DNA of 63,594 nt, filler included, from Phoronis australis (GCA_002633005.1; 6 parts of 6 records of this genome joined end to end with filler, not necessarily neighbours in it); one strand, 5' to 3'. Positions 1 through 9,816 are shown, counted from the whole stretch's first letter. Numbers and translations are program-made. Notes: generated by a model from the letters alone, not told the origin.

Positions 1-77
1 CTCGGCGCCACGCACCTCGGATTCGACCTTTGCGGGACTCCTAACCCCCCCTTACTGAAAACGTAGAACTGCCACTG
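1..77 (-). mobile_element. End of a short non-autonomous repeat inserted into the major capsid gene
   Basis: Reverse complement CAGTGGCAGTTCTACGTTTTCAGTAAGGGGGGGTTAGGAGTCCCGCAAAGGTCGAATCCGAGG is nearly identical to the plus-strand repeat starting at 14089. Confidence 0.85.
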
Positions 78-880
78 AACAAATGTCCTGCTGGGATTGA
101 AAACACTTTGCATTCGACGCGTCGTAGAGGGTACTTCGCGGTGCTTTTCTCGAGGGCCTTTATGTGTGCTAGCTGTACAGTGAGACTGAGTTTCACTTTT
201 CTGACGAATAAGGCGGCGTCTTGGATCTTGATTTTGAAACTCGCACCCGGCGTCGGGGACATGACGGCGAACGAGTTCTTGCTTCGTACCAGTCTTATCT
301 TTATGTCAGCGTTGTTGAGTAGGTATCTGTCTTGCATAAATATGTCACTGTGCAGTTTCCCTTTCATGTCGATGGTAGCGCTTCCTGCCGCAAGGGTTTT
401 ACGCGTCTTATATCCTAAATTAACGTCGCTTAGGGTGTCAAATTTTCCTTGTACCATAGCGCTGCAGTCAAACGTCCGTTCTTGGCCTCGCTGCCGTAAG
501 TCAACAATGTTTCCAAGTAGGCTCTGTAACCGTTAGTGTTGGTTGAAGGAGAAATCAATTTTTCGTTCAAAGAGATGTCCACTTGACTGAACATCGAATG
601 TAGCCATAAGTTGGTAGGGGCACAGTCGGCATCCGCGGCGACATCCGATCCATCCGCGTTGGTTATTTTTGCCCTGACGTAAAATTCTGTATTTGCCAAA
701 TCCACTTATTCGTCACCCGAACCAGACACAAAAAATTGCAGCGGCCCGTCGTCGTTGACGCTTGAGATGGGGTTGGGTTCCACCCACTGACCGTGTTCTA
801 TGCTTGTCTGAGTAGGAGGTACGGCAAACAAATCGAGCTCACTTTTGACACTCACAGGACTTGTCGTGTTAGAAAGCCAT
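78..880 (-). pseudogene. Polinton major capsid protein (PY/hexon-like), N-terminal half; disrupted
   Basis: Reconstructed across stops and frameshifts: MAF*HDKSCEC/KSELDLFAVPPTQTSIEHGQWVE...GPLQFFVSGSGDE*VDLANTEFYVRAKI...NLWLHSMFSQVDISLN...LHSDIFMQDRYLLN...KYPLRRVECKVFSIPAG. These are typical Polinton MCP motifs. Confidence 0.92.
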
Positions 881-881
881 T

Positions 882-1328
882 TTAAGAAAAGATGTCTCTG
901 CGTTGAGATGTTGCTCTTCTCTTTCCTCGTTTTGAACTAACTCTTTTGGTCGATACTCTACGTTTTGTACCCTTGTGCGGCGTACCCGGGGGGCGTGCAC
1001 CAACAAACGAGGAAGCTTTGTTCAACAACTCTCCCGCAGCCTTCCTGGACCGTTCTACGGCGGCTGCTTTTGCATTTTTCCCTTGCAGCAAGTCACCCGC
1101 AAAGTCAATTCCAGTCCGTAAAGCTTGCTTCCCAATTGCAGCGGCTCCTTTTTTGATCAGGGGTAGAGCCGAACGAAAGAGTCCCCCGATAACGGAACCA
1201 ATGCCGTGCCCCCTTTGCGTGCGAGCGCCGACAAAAATGGGAAGACCGCTCCCCGCTTGCACGGCGTAGTAGTCGTCGTAGAGGTGGCGGTTGCTTTCGG
1301 AGCTATATAAATTTTTAGATCGTCTCGT
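882..1328 (-). CDS. Polinton PZ-like basic core/membrane-active protein (start codon probably mutated)
   Basis: The frame is open upstream of the ORF-track start: ...NRHLYDDYYAVQAGSGLPIFVGARTQRGHGIGSVIGGLFRSALPLIKKG..., with a K/R-rich tail ending RDIFS. It sits between the minor and major capsid genes, as PZ does. Confidence 0.8.
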   Translation of the reverse strand, partial: TRRSKNLYSSESNRHLYDDYYAVQAGSGLPIFVGARTQRGHGIGSVIGGLFRSALPLIKKGAAAIGKQALRTGIDFAGDLLQGKNAKAAAVERSRKAAGELLNKASSFVGARPPGTPHKGTKRRVSTKRVSSKRGKRRATSQRRDIFS

Positions 1329-1397
1329 CTTGTGTTGAGCACAGTTGCCTCTTGTAGAATGAGGGTTCGCGGCTTATTCAATCTCTTTTATGGGTTG

Positions 1398-2171
1398 TTA
1401 AAAATACGAAGAACGGGCACGTCTCAGAGCGAGAGTGACCACAACCGTGCCACGATTGAACGGAATGACATCACCCACATCGTCACGAATGTCAATTTCA
1501 ATGGTACCGAAGTGGTTTCGTTGTAGAGGTTTGAGCTGAATGGTCTCAAAAACACGAACTACTGTCTCCGCAGGCTTTCCTTTCAAGGGGACAATCCTCA
1601 ACAGGAGTGCGAGTGTGTCTCCCACAACGACCGACTCCACGAGATCACAGTAGACGTAGAGAGCGTAAAATCCTCGATGAACATCGACCATCTGTGTGGG
1701 GTATTAAATACTCGGATCGTCGGTATAACTCTCCCGATCGAGTCCCAACATGTCTTTTAATTTCGGACTGAACGTAATTTCAGCTCCTTTCTTGACACGC
1801 ATATGCATCTAATTAGTCACGTCGTTATAACCCAATTTACTTTTTTGATCTCTGTCTGAACCCCAGGCTTCTTTAAGCATGGCGTGAACACTCTTGACGA
1901 GTTCTTTTGGGCTGTAATAAAATCCCGGAGCGAGAGTCTTGAGCGCATACCCGTCGTCCTTTCCTAGTTTCGTTCTCATCCAAGCTTCGCCGTGTCTTAT
2001 GTTGTAGTACGTATTAGGAAATTGAATTTCTGCAAGCCCTACCTCTCAACGTCCGTCCAGGTCTATGTCTCTGGGAAGTATAGTCTTAAATTGCGCGAGT
2101 GTATTGTCGGGGAAATAGTTCATGGAGCTGTTGCTCGGAAGTGTAAGAGAGAACATCGATTCAGCTGCCAT
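1398..2171 (-). pseudogene. Polinton minor capsid protein (PX/penton-like); disrupted
   Basis: N-terminus MAAESMFSLTLPSNSSMNYFPDNTLAQFKTILPRDIDLDGR*EVGLAEIQFP (TGA where W is expected). C-terminus LYVYCDLVESVVVGDTLALLLRIVP...IEIDIRDDVGDVIPF...VVVTLALRR. Confidence 0.9.
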
Positions 2172-2188
2172 TCTTGTTTAAAGATGGA

Positions 2189-2404
2189 TTAGGCATTAAT
2201 CAGCGTCACCCAAAGAGTCTGCTTGTCGTTTCCCGTTGTCAAATTGTATAAACTCCACACTATGACGGTGAACAGAACGATCATTTGACTGAAAAAGACG
2301 ATTTCCTTCTTCGGTACTTTTCGTCCGAATAACAGCCAGTTTCTCTCTGTTATATTACCAAGTTCAAAATTCTCGTCGGGTGCGTCCGTTTGGTTGGAAC
2401 TCAT
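2189..2404 (-). CDS. Small predicted membrane protein within the Polinton cassette (probably frameshifted near its end)
   Basis: MSSNQTDAPD...WLLFGRKVPKKEIVFFSQMIVLFTVIVWSLYNLTTGNDKQTLWVTLI; hydrophobic segment. Another frame continues LMPNPSLNKNGS*. Confidence 0.6.
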   Translation of the reverse strand: MSSNQTDAPDENFELGNITERNWLLFGRKVPKKEIVFFSQMIVLFTVIVWSLYNLTTGNDKQTLWVTLINA

Positions 2405-2433
2405 GTTAGTGAATGAGGGCAATGGTGTAAGTA

Positions 2434-2656
2434 TCAATTGTTATAGGTGACAAATTGACGCTCGTTAACCCACGAATTGAAGGAGTCGGGATATCCCGCC
2501 CACTTCACCAGATATTCAGTCTGCTTTTTTCAATTTGTTTTTTAGGCCTCGATGAGTGGAGTCTAATCCTCCAAAACTTCCCGGGTGCCTTGGATTGTAG
2601 TACACGCGTCTTAATTTTCAATCAATGTCGCGTTGTTTCTTTCCCTTTTCTCTCAT
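2434..2656 (-). pseudogene. Polinton retroviral-type integrase remnant; catalytic core deleted
   Basis: Manual translation: MREKGKKQRDID*KLRRVYYNPRHPGSFGGLDSTHRGLKNKLKKAD (integrase N-terminal YYxPxHPGSFGG motif) joined out of frame to TEYLVKWAGYPDSFNSWVNERQF (chromodomain end). Confidence 0.88.
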
Positions 2657-2687
2657 TGCGAATGAGAGGTCTAGGTGGTGTCGGTCG

Positions 2688-3341
2688 TTAATATGGGGTC
2701 CAACGCGGTCGCGATACAACCCTTTTTCGTTTCTTTATTTAGGGAGTCGTTTCCGTGCTCTCTTGTACTAAAGACCAACGTTCTTTATTTCCAATAAATT
2801 CCCGTGGAATATTCGCATTTCTCAATTCCTGAGAAAATTCTTTCCAGCCCGATGGTGCCGTCCGTTTTCGTTTCCTGAGAACGTCATTCAAAAGATCAGT
2901 GATGTTCGAATATTCAATGGGTGATCCGTCAATGTAGACACGACCTCGTTCGTCCCAGCTCATTCTCGTATTCTTCTTAATCTTTTCCAGCAGCAACTGG
3001 GCCTTACGACGCATAGAGACCGCGACGGAGTCAACAATATCCGCATCCATTGTTTTAGAAATATTCTTTTCCTCGTTTTTATCTTCGGCCGGCTTTGATT
3101 CCCTTATTTCCACTTTTATGGGTTGATTTATTTTGTCGTGGTAGGTGACAAATCGCCGTAGAATCTGACTGTACATTTTCACTTTCTGACTCTCATCAAC
3201 GTCTTTCCGCTCCACGATTGTTTGCATGTCTTGGTCCAACCCACTCAAAGCTTTGACGGGAAGGCTAGGGGGCGACTTTATTGTGGAGAGTGACTCTAAT
3301 AAGCGAGGGTCAACGAGAGCCATTTTCTTTGCGTACTCCAT
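2688..3341 (-). CDS. Polinton PW-like protein (probable premature stop at 2739-2741)
   Basis: MEYAKKMALVDP...LDQDMQTIVERKDVDESQKVKMYSQILRRF...SWDERGRVYIDGSPIEYSNITDLLNDVLR...PSGWKEF...IGN. The frame continues after the stop to ...PRWTPY*. Confidence 0.8.
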
Positions 3342-3342
3342 T

Positions 3343-3711
3343 TTACCTTCGACCGAATAACCCGGGAAGAATTGTTCCCGCCAAGCCACCGATGAGAGGC
3401 GCTAGTACTGCTCCGAGAAATCCGCCTCGTTGTAAAATATGCCTTTTAGTTTTCAGAGGCGTCTTCTTCTTTACAAGAGTGCGCAGGCTTGTTTTGTGTT
3501 TACGAAGCTTCGATGTCTGATTGGCGGTGAGCGGTAGGTTTCCGTTCAATTCGTTGACAGCTACTTCGCAAATACAGTGGATGAGATCCTTGTCGGCGTG
3601 TTTAATTATTGTTTTGACAATACTAGGTTTACAATTGGATAGTAGTTTGAGTGTATCCGAATGTCTCCTCAACTTTTCAGAGGGCATCTTACGCGTGCAA
3701 AGTCTGGACAT
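3343..3711 (-). CDS. Small basic Polinton core protein with hydrophobic C-terminus (adenovirus pX-like tail)
   Basis: Intact 122-aa ORF: LIHCICEVAVNELNGNLPLT...LQRGGFLGAVLAPLIGGLAGTILPGLF; located between ATPase and PW. Confidence 0.78.
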   Translation of the reverse strand: MSRLCTRKMPSEKLRRHSDTLKLLSNCKPSIVKTIIKHADKDLIHCICEVAVNELNGNLPLTANQTSKLRKHKTSLRTLVKKKTPLKTKRHILQRGGFLGAVLAPLIGGLAGTILPGLFGRR

Positions 3712-3739
3712 CGACTGACGTAACTCATAGCTTACGGGT

Positions 3740-4362
3740 CTATTTCAATTTTTTGGGAAGGTAGGCATATTGCGTTTCATTTGGAAAAACGCGCGTCCTC
3801 AACCGCATGTGTTCTGGAGCAAATTGTTTTAGATCCACGAAAAGATAACCGAAATGTTCATTGGTAGCATCGGCAAACGATTCCTGTACGAATCTGATAT
3901 TTCCCGGATGCATCTGCTTAGCCAGGTGCACAATTTGTGTTTTATCCCGGGGGTCTTTAAACAACACAAGATAGTGCGCGTTTAGACTAATGGTGCGCAT
4001 CTCTTTGTTTTTAGGGAACAAGTTTTGAACTATCAAAATAACGGACACGTTTCTATGATGACTGCCTTTAGTAAATAAGTTTGTCACGCTTCCATCCATT
4101 TCACTCATCATGTCGTCGATCACCACGAGATGTCGCTTGCGTCTATCGAAACTGGAAAGTTCGGACAACCCTTCGACAAAGTGGACGTGGGTCAAATCAG
4201 AAAATACATCTTGATATTCGCCGAAACAATACGTCACAGTGTCCGTAGGAGGATGAATCACCGTAGTGGCATTTTGCAAAAGTCGCATGGTCCATTGAGT
4301 TTTCCACTCGATGTTGGACCACTGACAATCATTGTGAACGGGTGAGCGAGTCTCACGTCCAT
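3740..4362 (-). pseudogene. Packaging ATPase (FtsK/A32-like); 1-bp deletion in Walker A
   Basis: MDVRLAHPFTMIVSGPTSSGK, then a frameshift in the T-run at 4300-4303 to TQWTMRLLQ. Walker B LVVIDDMM; FTKGSHHRNVSVILIVQNLF; RTISLNAHY. Confidence 0.93.
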
Positions 4363-4409
4363 GCTGCGCTGTATGTCGTGACAGACTGAACGATAGGAGT
4401 TACTTACAT

Positions 4410-7143
4410 TAATTTTGTACGGGTTACAAGCACAACAATGGAAACGAGTTCAACACTTGATTAGTCACCCTATCGGCGCGCCCATTTCGCTTCCACCGTA
4501 CCTTGGACGTAATAAAGGCATGTGGGCGCTGACAAGCGACGGAAACGGGAAACACGACGAAGAAATTCAATAGAGGGTTCGTGCGGATATAGCGGACAAC
4601 GCCGAGGTAAATGACGTTGACGAAGACGGGGAAACCGGAGATAAACCTCCTCGTCACTTCCTGCTAGACCTGGTCGCCGAGTTTGATCGTTACCTCGAAC
4701 AGATGCTTACGGTTGGTTTCAATTCGGGAAATTACGACCTGAATACCATGAAGAAGCAATTTTTTCCAATACTTTTATCCATGCAAGAATTGAGGTTCGT
4801 GATTAAGCGCAACAATAATTTTATGTGCTTAACAACGGACCAACTTAAATTTCTCAACATTGTCAATTACTTGGCCCCGGGTTGTAGCTACGCAAAATTT
4901 TTGAAGGCGTACGAGACGACCGAAGAGAAAGGTTTCTTTCCCTACGAGTACGTAGACAACTTGGGTAAATTAGAGGAAACGGGTCTACCACCGCAAACGG
5001 CTTTTTACAGCAATTTGAAAGGGGAGGGGATAAGCGACGACGATTTATACGCCCTCTGTCAGAGGGCATGAAAAGACAACAACATGAAGAGTCTGAAAGA
5101 TATTTTGGTAAGGTACAATAACAAAGACACCGGACCCATGCTGGAAGCCGTCGATACCATGGCGGCATTCTACAGGGAAAAGGGCGTCGACCTCTTCAAG
5201 GATAGCATAAGCGTACCCGGACTGACCATGAAGATTCTCTTCAAAAATGTCGGTAACGTATTCTTTACGCTCTTTGAAGAAAAGCACAAAGACTTGTACT
5301 ATACCTTTCAACAGAATATCGTCGGAGGTCCTAGTATTGTTTTCCACAGATACCACGAAAAGGGAAAGACGTTTATACGCCAGAGGGAGATGGAGAAAGC
5401 GGGAAAAATACCAAATACGGTGTCAAAGATTCTGGGTTTAGACGTAAATGCTCTTTACCTTCGTAGCATCATGAACGAGCAACTGACCGGACTATTTATT
5501 CGTCGTAGGCAAGAAAATAATTTCAAACGAGAATTTTCTCACCCTAGGGCGCGAAAGGCAACGGCTTGGCTGGATTACGTAGCGTGGCAACGAGGAATTA
5601 GTATCCGTCATCAGTTCAACGGGGTTGACAAAAGAGTGGGTCAGCGTCGTATTCCAGTGGACGGTTTCTATTGTCAGTTGCACAAAGTGTTCCAATTCCA
5701 AGGATGTTACTGGCACGGCCACGACTGTCGTCTCACAAAAAATGACGACGGGACTCCGAGGACGAGGAACGAAACTCGAAACGTCGCCATGAGTGAGCTT
5801 TTGGAAAACACCAAAAAATTAGAGATTACATCATCGATCAAGGCTTTGATTACGAAGAGATTTGTGAATGCGAATTTGAGGATTTGAAACTTCAAGACGA
5901 TACCCTACGTTCTTTTCTCAGAAGACGAGAGTTGTCCACGGAACGTTGCTACTGCTTGACGAGCGAACAAATAAAATCATTCGTTCTAGACGACACTCTG
6001 TTCGGGGTTGTGGAGTGGGACATCGAAGTCCTGAGCCATCTGAGAGAGCACTTTTCAGAAATGCAGCCTATATTCAAGAACGTAGACATCACCAGAGACG
6101 ACCTAGGAGAATTTATGCGGGAGTATGCCGAGAAAAACAAAATCATGAGCCGACCACGACGATCTCTGGTAGGAAGTTTCTTCGGTAAAAAAAAAATTAT
6201 TGGCGACCCCGCTTCTGAAATGGTACTTTGAACACGGCCTAGAGATAACAAACGTCTATCAAGTGGTCGAATTTGCTCCCGTAAAATGCTTCGAGCGTTT
6301 TGGTGAGGAAGTCAGCGACGCTGGGCGGGAAGGGTACAAAGATAAAAACAAAGCGATCGTGGCGCAGACGATGAAACTCATAGGGAACAGCGCGTATGGT
6401 AAGACGGTAACGAATCAAGAAAGACATCGTGACGTAAAGTATTGTGGAGAGGCTAAGGCTCATCGGGAAGCCCAATTCCTGGAATTTAGACACGTCAACT
6501 ACATCGGGGACGTAACCTACGAATTGGAGATGAAAAAGAAGACCATCCGCCTGAACCTGCCGCTTCAAATACGCTTTTTCGTTTATCAGTACGCAAAGTT
6601 GCGCATGTTGGAGTTTTACTACGACATCATGTTAAGATTCGTCGACAGGTACGATTTCGAATATTGCGAAATGGACACGGACTCGGCGTACATGGCTATA
6701 TCCGGTAACTGTCTTGAGGACGTAATTAAACCAGACTTGCGAGCAGCTTTCGAGAGGGAGTTTGGTTTCCGCGAACGGACACGGAAGAAAACGAAGCTTA
6801 CGACACGCGCACACCCGGCTTATTGAAACTGGAATTTGAAGGGGACTTCAGCATCGCCCTTTGCTCTAAAACATACATGTACATGTATTACGTGGGGGCG
6901 GACGACGGTCAATCCCATTTTAGCTGTAAAGGAATGCAAAGACAAAGAAATGCAATCGACAAAGCGAGGTATCTCAAAGTGTTACAAACCACAAAGAGTA
7001 GCTCGGCCCTCAACAAAGGATTCCGGTTAGGCGGTGATAACACTATGTATACCTACCTGCAAGAGAGGTGCGCGTTCACCTACTTTTATCCCAAACGACA
7101 AGTGTTCGACGACGGCGTCACCACTGGACCTTTGAACATTTAA
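4410..7143 (+). pseudogene. polB: Protein-primed family B DNA polymerase; frameshifted, N-terminal region largely deleted
   Basis: ExoII VGFNSGNYDL, KGFFPYEY, ExoIII-like YNNKDT, VGGPS, motif A GLDVNALY, motif B KLIGNSAYGK, motif C MDTDS, RTPGLLKLEFEG, SCKG, YFYPKRQV, spread over five ORFs. Confidence 0.95.
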
Positions 7144-7518
7144 TTCGGACATTTGATAAATTTGGTATAGACTACTTTCTGAACGTTTTGATGATTTTAT
7201 ATTGGAATGATGATTTTTGTAGTGTTGGTTTGTCATTAATACACGTTTAAACGCTATCGATTTTATGTTCTGTATTAGCTGGTCGCTTCTTATTATTAGT
7301 ATTATGAGTACTATTTGCTTAGTACCGTCGGGGCCTGGGTTAGACTTCTTACGTGATATCTGTTGTTGAGTTGGGTGGTTATTCCCTTTTGTATACGCCT
7401 TTGTTTTTGATCTATGAAACAGAACACACAATATACAACGACGACACTCGGCGCACACGAAATAAGTTTTGTTCTTATTCAGCGTCCCTCTTTTGTTTCG
7501 ATTCTCGATCCGTTGCCA

Positions 7519-8325
7519 GGTGAGTTTGGAGGTGTGGTCGATAGTGTACACTGCTGTTTGTCAGGTGGGTTTGGTGGTGTGGTCTGCTTGTCGGGACTGT
7601 ATCTTGCTGTACAGGGTGAGTTTCATCTGGGCATGGACACTGTACAGGTGTGTTTGGGGGTGTGGTCTGCTGGTTGTGACTGTACCCTGCAGTGAAGAGT
7701 CAGTTTGGTGGTCTGGCCCGTTGGGTCTGAACCCTGCTGTAGAGAGCGAGATTTGTCTGGGCATGGGCACTATACAGTTAGGTTTGGGGGTGTGGTCTGC
7801 TGGGTGAGACTGTACCCTGCAGTAAAGAGTAAGTTTGGTGGTCTGGTCTGTGGGTTGGGACTGAACCCTGCTGTAGAGAGCGAGTTTTGTCTGGGCATGC
7901 ACNNNNNNNNNNNNNNNNNNNNNNNNNNNNNNNNNNNNNNNNNNNNNNNNNNNNNNNNNNNNNNNNNNNNNNNNNNNNNNNNNNNNNNNNNNNNNNNNNN
8001 NNNNNNNNNNNNNNGGGGGTAATGCGTCGTTGGAATCATGGACGCCCTGGAATATTGGGAACCCATTTTGAACACCCTATGTTTGAAATCCTGGATGAAG
8101 CCCTGGCTGTACCCTGCAGTGAAGAGTGAGTTTCATGGTCTGGTCTGTGGATCGGGATTGTAGCCTGCTGTAAAGAGTGAGGTTTGTCTGGGCATGGGCT
8201 CTGTACAGGTGGGTTTGGGGTGTGGTCTGCTGGTTGTGACTGTACCATCCAATGAAGAGCGAGTTTGGTAGTCTTGTCTGTAGGTCCGGACTGTATCCTG
8301 CTGTAGAGAGTGAGTTTTGTCTGAG
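7519..8325. repeat. Tandem repeat, ~130-134 bp unit, interrupted by a gap and a MITE end
   Basis: CTGGGCATG recurs at 7627, 7757, 7891 and 8188, with shared CTGTACCCTGCAGT..AGAG..AGTTTGGTGGTCTG blocks. Confidence 0.85.
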
Positions 8326-9356
8326 GTGGACAAGTTACTGAACATCTGAGTTTGCCAGACATTAACCAATGAGAGTGGTGTTTACTTGTCACCTTGAATG
8401 ACCTAATTACCCACCTCATTAAGGTTAAAGAGAATAATTCCAACCAAAAATTAACATTTATTAACTTTGATTTTTCTTTCACAGTTTTGATCAGCGATAG
8501 TTTAGTGTGATTTTGATATGTGTTTGCTCCTAACATGACTGCCAACTAAACTTTATTTGCCTGACTAAGCAATTTTTTTGATTTTTTATGACTATTTGAA
8601 ACTACATCTGCTGTAATGAAGAATGACTATCTCACAGCATCACCTTCTGATGATACTGAATGGAATATTGTTGTTTGACTAAAACATCTTTCCCATCACC
8701 AGATTTATCCCCCTGTCATGCAAACTATGTATATCACCTACTCACCCGTCGTCTATAAGCGAGGTCACGCTGACCCTACGACCCGGGAGTACGTGCCAGA
8801 CCGTTACGTCATAGAGGTCAAGATTAGCGAGAACTACAACAAAGTGTACACGGCTGCAGATGGCGCTTGTTACTGCCGCTTTAGGGCCAATACAAGACAA
8901 GTCTCTACTCAGGTTGATATAAAGCTTCAGTTGTCTAGTACATAATGTATACCCTGCCTAAGGAAATACAGTTTGATATTAATGGACACTTCTCAGTTAT
9001 AATTTTAATCAACAGTTAAAAACGAATAGGATGGTAGAAATACAGTGTAGCTTTCCTAAAAATATTTTTTCCTAAAAATATTTTTTTCCTTAAAAAATGG
9101 CAATCATCTTGTGAAAAGATCAGCAATTTTTTCAAAGTATTTTAAGCTAATTCTCATATTATTTAAATCGTTATTTGTTTCACAATATTTGATATAAGCC
9201 TGATTAAGCTAGATAAGTTTTGGTGAAGTTAGTCAATCTTTTGCAAATTATTGTGTGGTCTTGGGTCAGGTAATGACCAAAGTAAAGTGGATGCTTGATA
9301 ACTGTACTTTTCAAGTGTTGACTTCCTAAAACCGCTCTGAGGTGGTAGCGTATTAC

Positions 9357-9587
9357 AACTATTATTAAAATCTCTTGGTCTATTTACACCGAACTCTAGT
9401 CTATATACAATGCCACGACGTTTCGGTCGAGGCACAAAAAATCACACCATGAGTGTACCATGTATCCGTGCTCGTTCTTCTAAGAACGCGGGAACACCTT
9501 ACGATGGCTGGAGAAGAGACCAACCGAAACGTCGTGACAGTGTACTAGAGGTCAGTGTAAATAGACCAAGAGATTTTAGTAATAGTT
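9357..9587. mobile_element. Inverted repeat with degenerate minimal hammerhead; Penelope-like element terminal-repeat remnant
   Basis: Arms 9357-9427 and 9523-9587 are reverse complements (AAAATCTCTTGGTCTATTTACAC / GTGTAAATAGACCAAGAGATTTT). Hammerhead-like layout at 9495-9536. Confidence 0.7.
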
Positions 9588-9736
9588 TTCAAATGTTGTT
9601 GAAGATGTTTTGTGACTGCTGTGGAACTTTTAAGTAAGTGTGATAATCTTACTGAGATGAGCTGTGGTAGACAAATTTCTTTAGCCGGATGAAAACTTTG
9701 TTTTTGTTCACGATTTAATGCTGTTGTATCCCACAG

Positions 9737-9816
9737 GAACTCAGGGAGCATAACATAATTGAGCAAGAGCGGCTCCACCTAGCTGAGATGAGAAGACTAC
9801 AGGAATCTATTAACAG
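9737..9816 (+). CDS. Penultimate coding exon of an unidentified host gene
   Basis: ccacag/.../gtatcc boundaries; reads ELREHNIIEQERLHLAEMRRLQESIN(R); its phase-2 end matches the exon at 12907. Confidence 0.6.

Larger units (their letters stand above)
78..7143. mobile_element. Polinton/Maverick (adintovirus-like) element; decayed, internally deleted, termini not visible
   Basis: Co-linear minus-strand cassette ATPase-small core-PW-INT-TM-mCP-PZ-MCP, head-to-head with a protein-primed PolB on the plus strand. No AG-initiated terminal inverted repeat found after polB. The left part is interrupted at 77. Confidence 0.95.

Noticed and set aside
2189-2739. Naturally integrase-free Polinton-like virus
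   Set aside because: Both ends of an integrase are present at 2434-2656; the core is deleted, not absent by design.
7519-8325. CRISPR-like array (also considered for the 17-, 45- and 54-bp repeats)
   Set aside because: Head-to-tail units with no unique spacers, no cas genes, and a eukaryotic context.
7027-8545. Overlapping ORFs of 100-174 aa
   Set aside because: They are translations of the tandem repeat and AT-rich spacer, some crossing N-runs.
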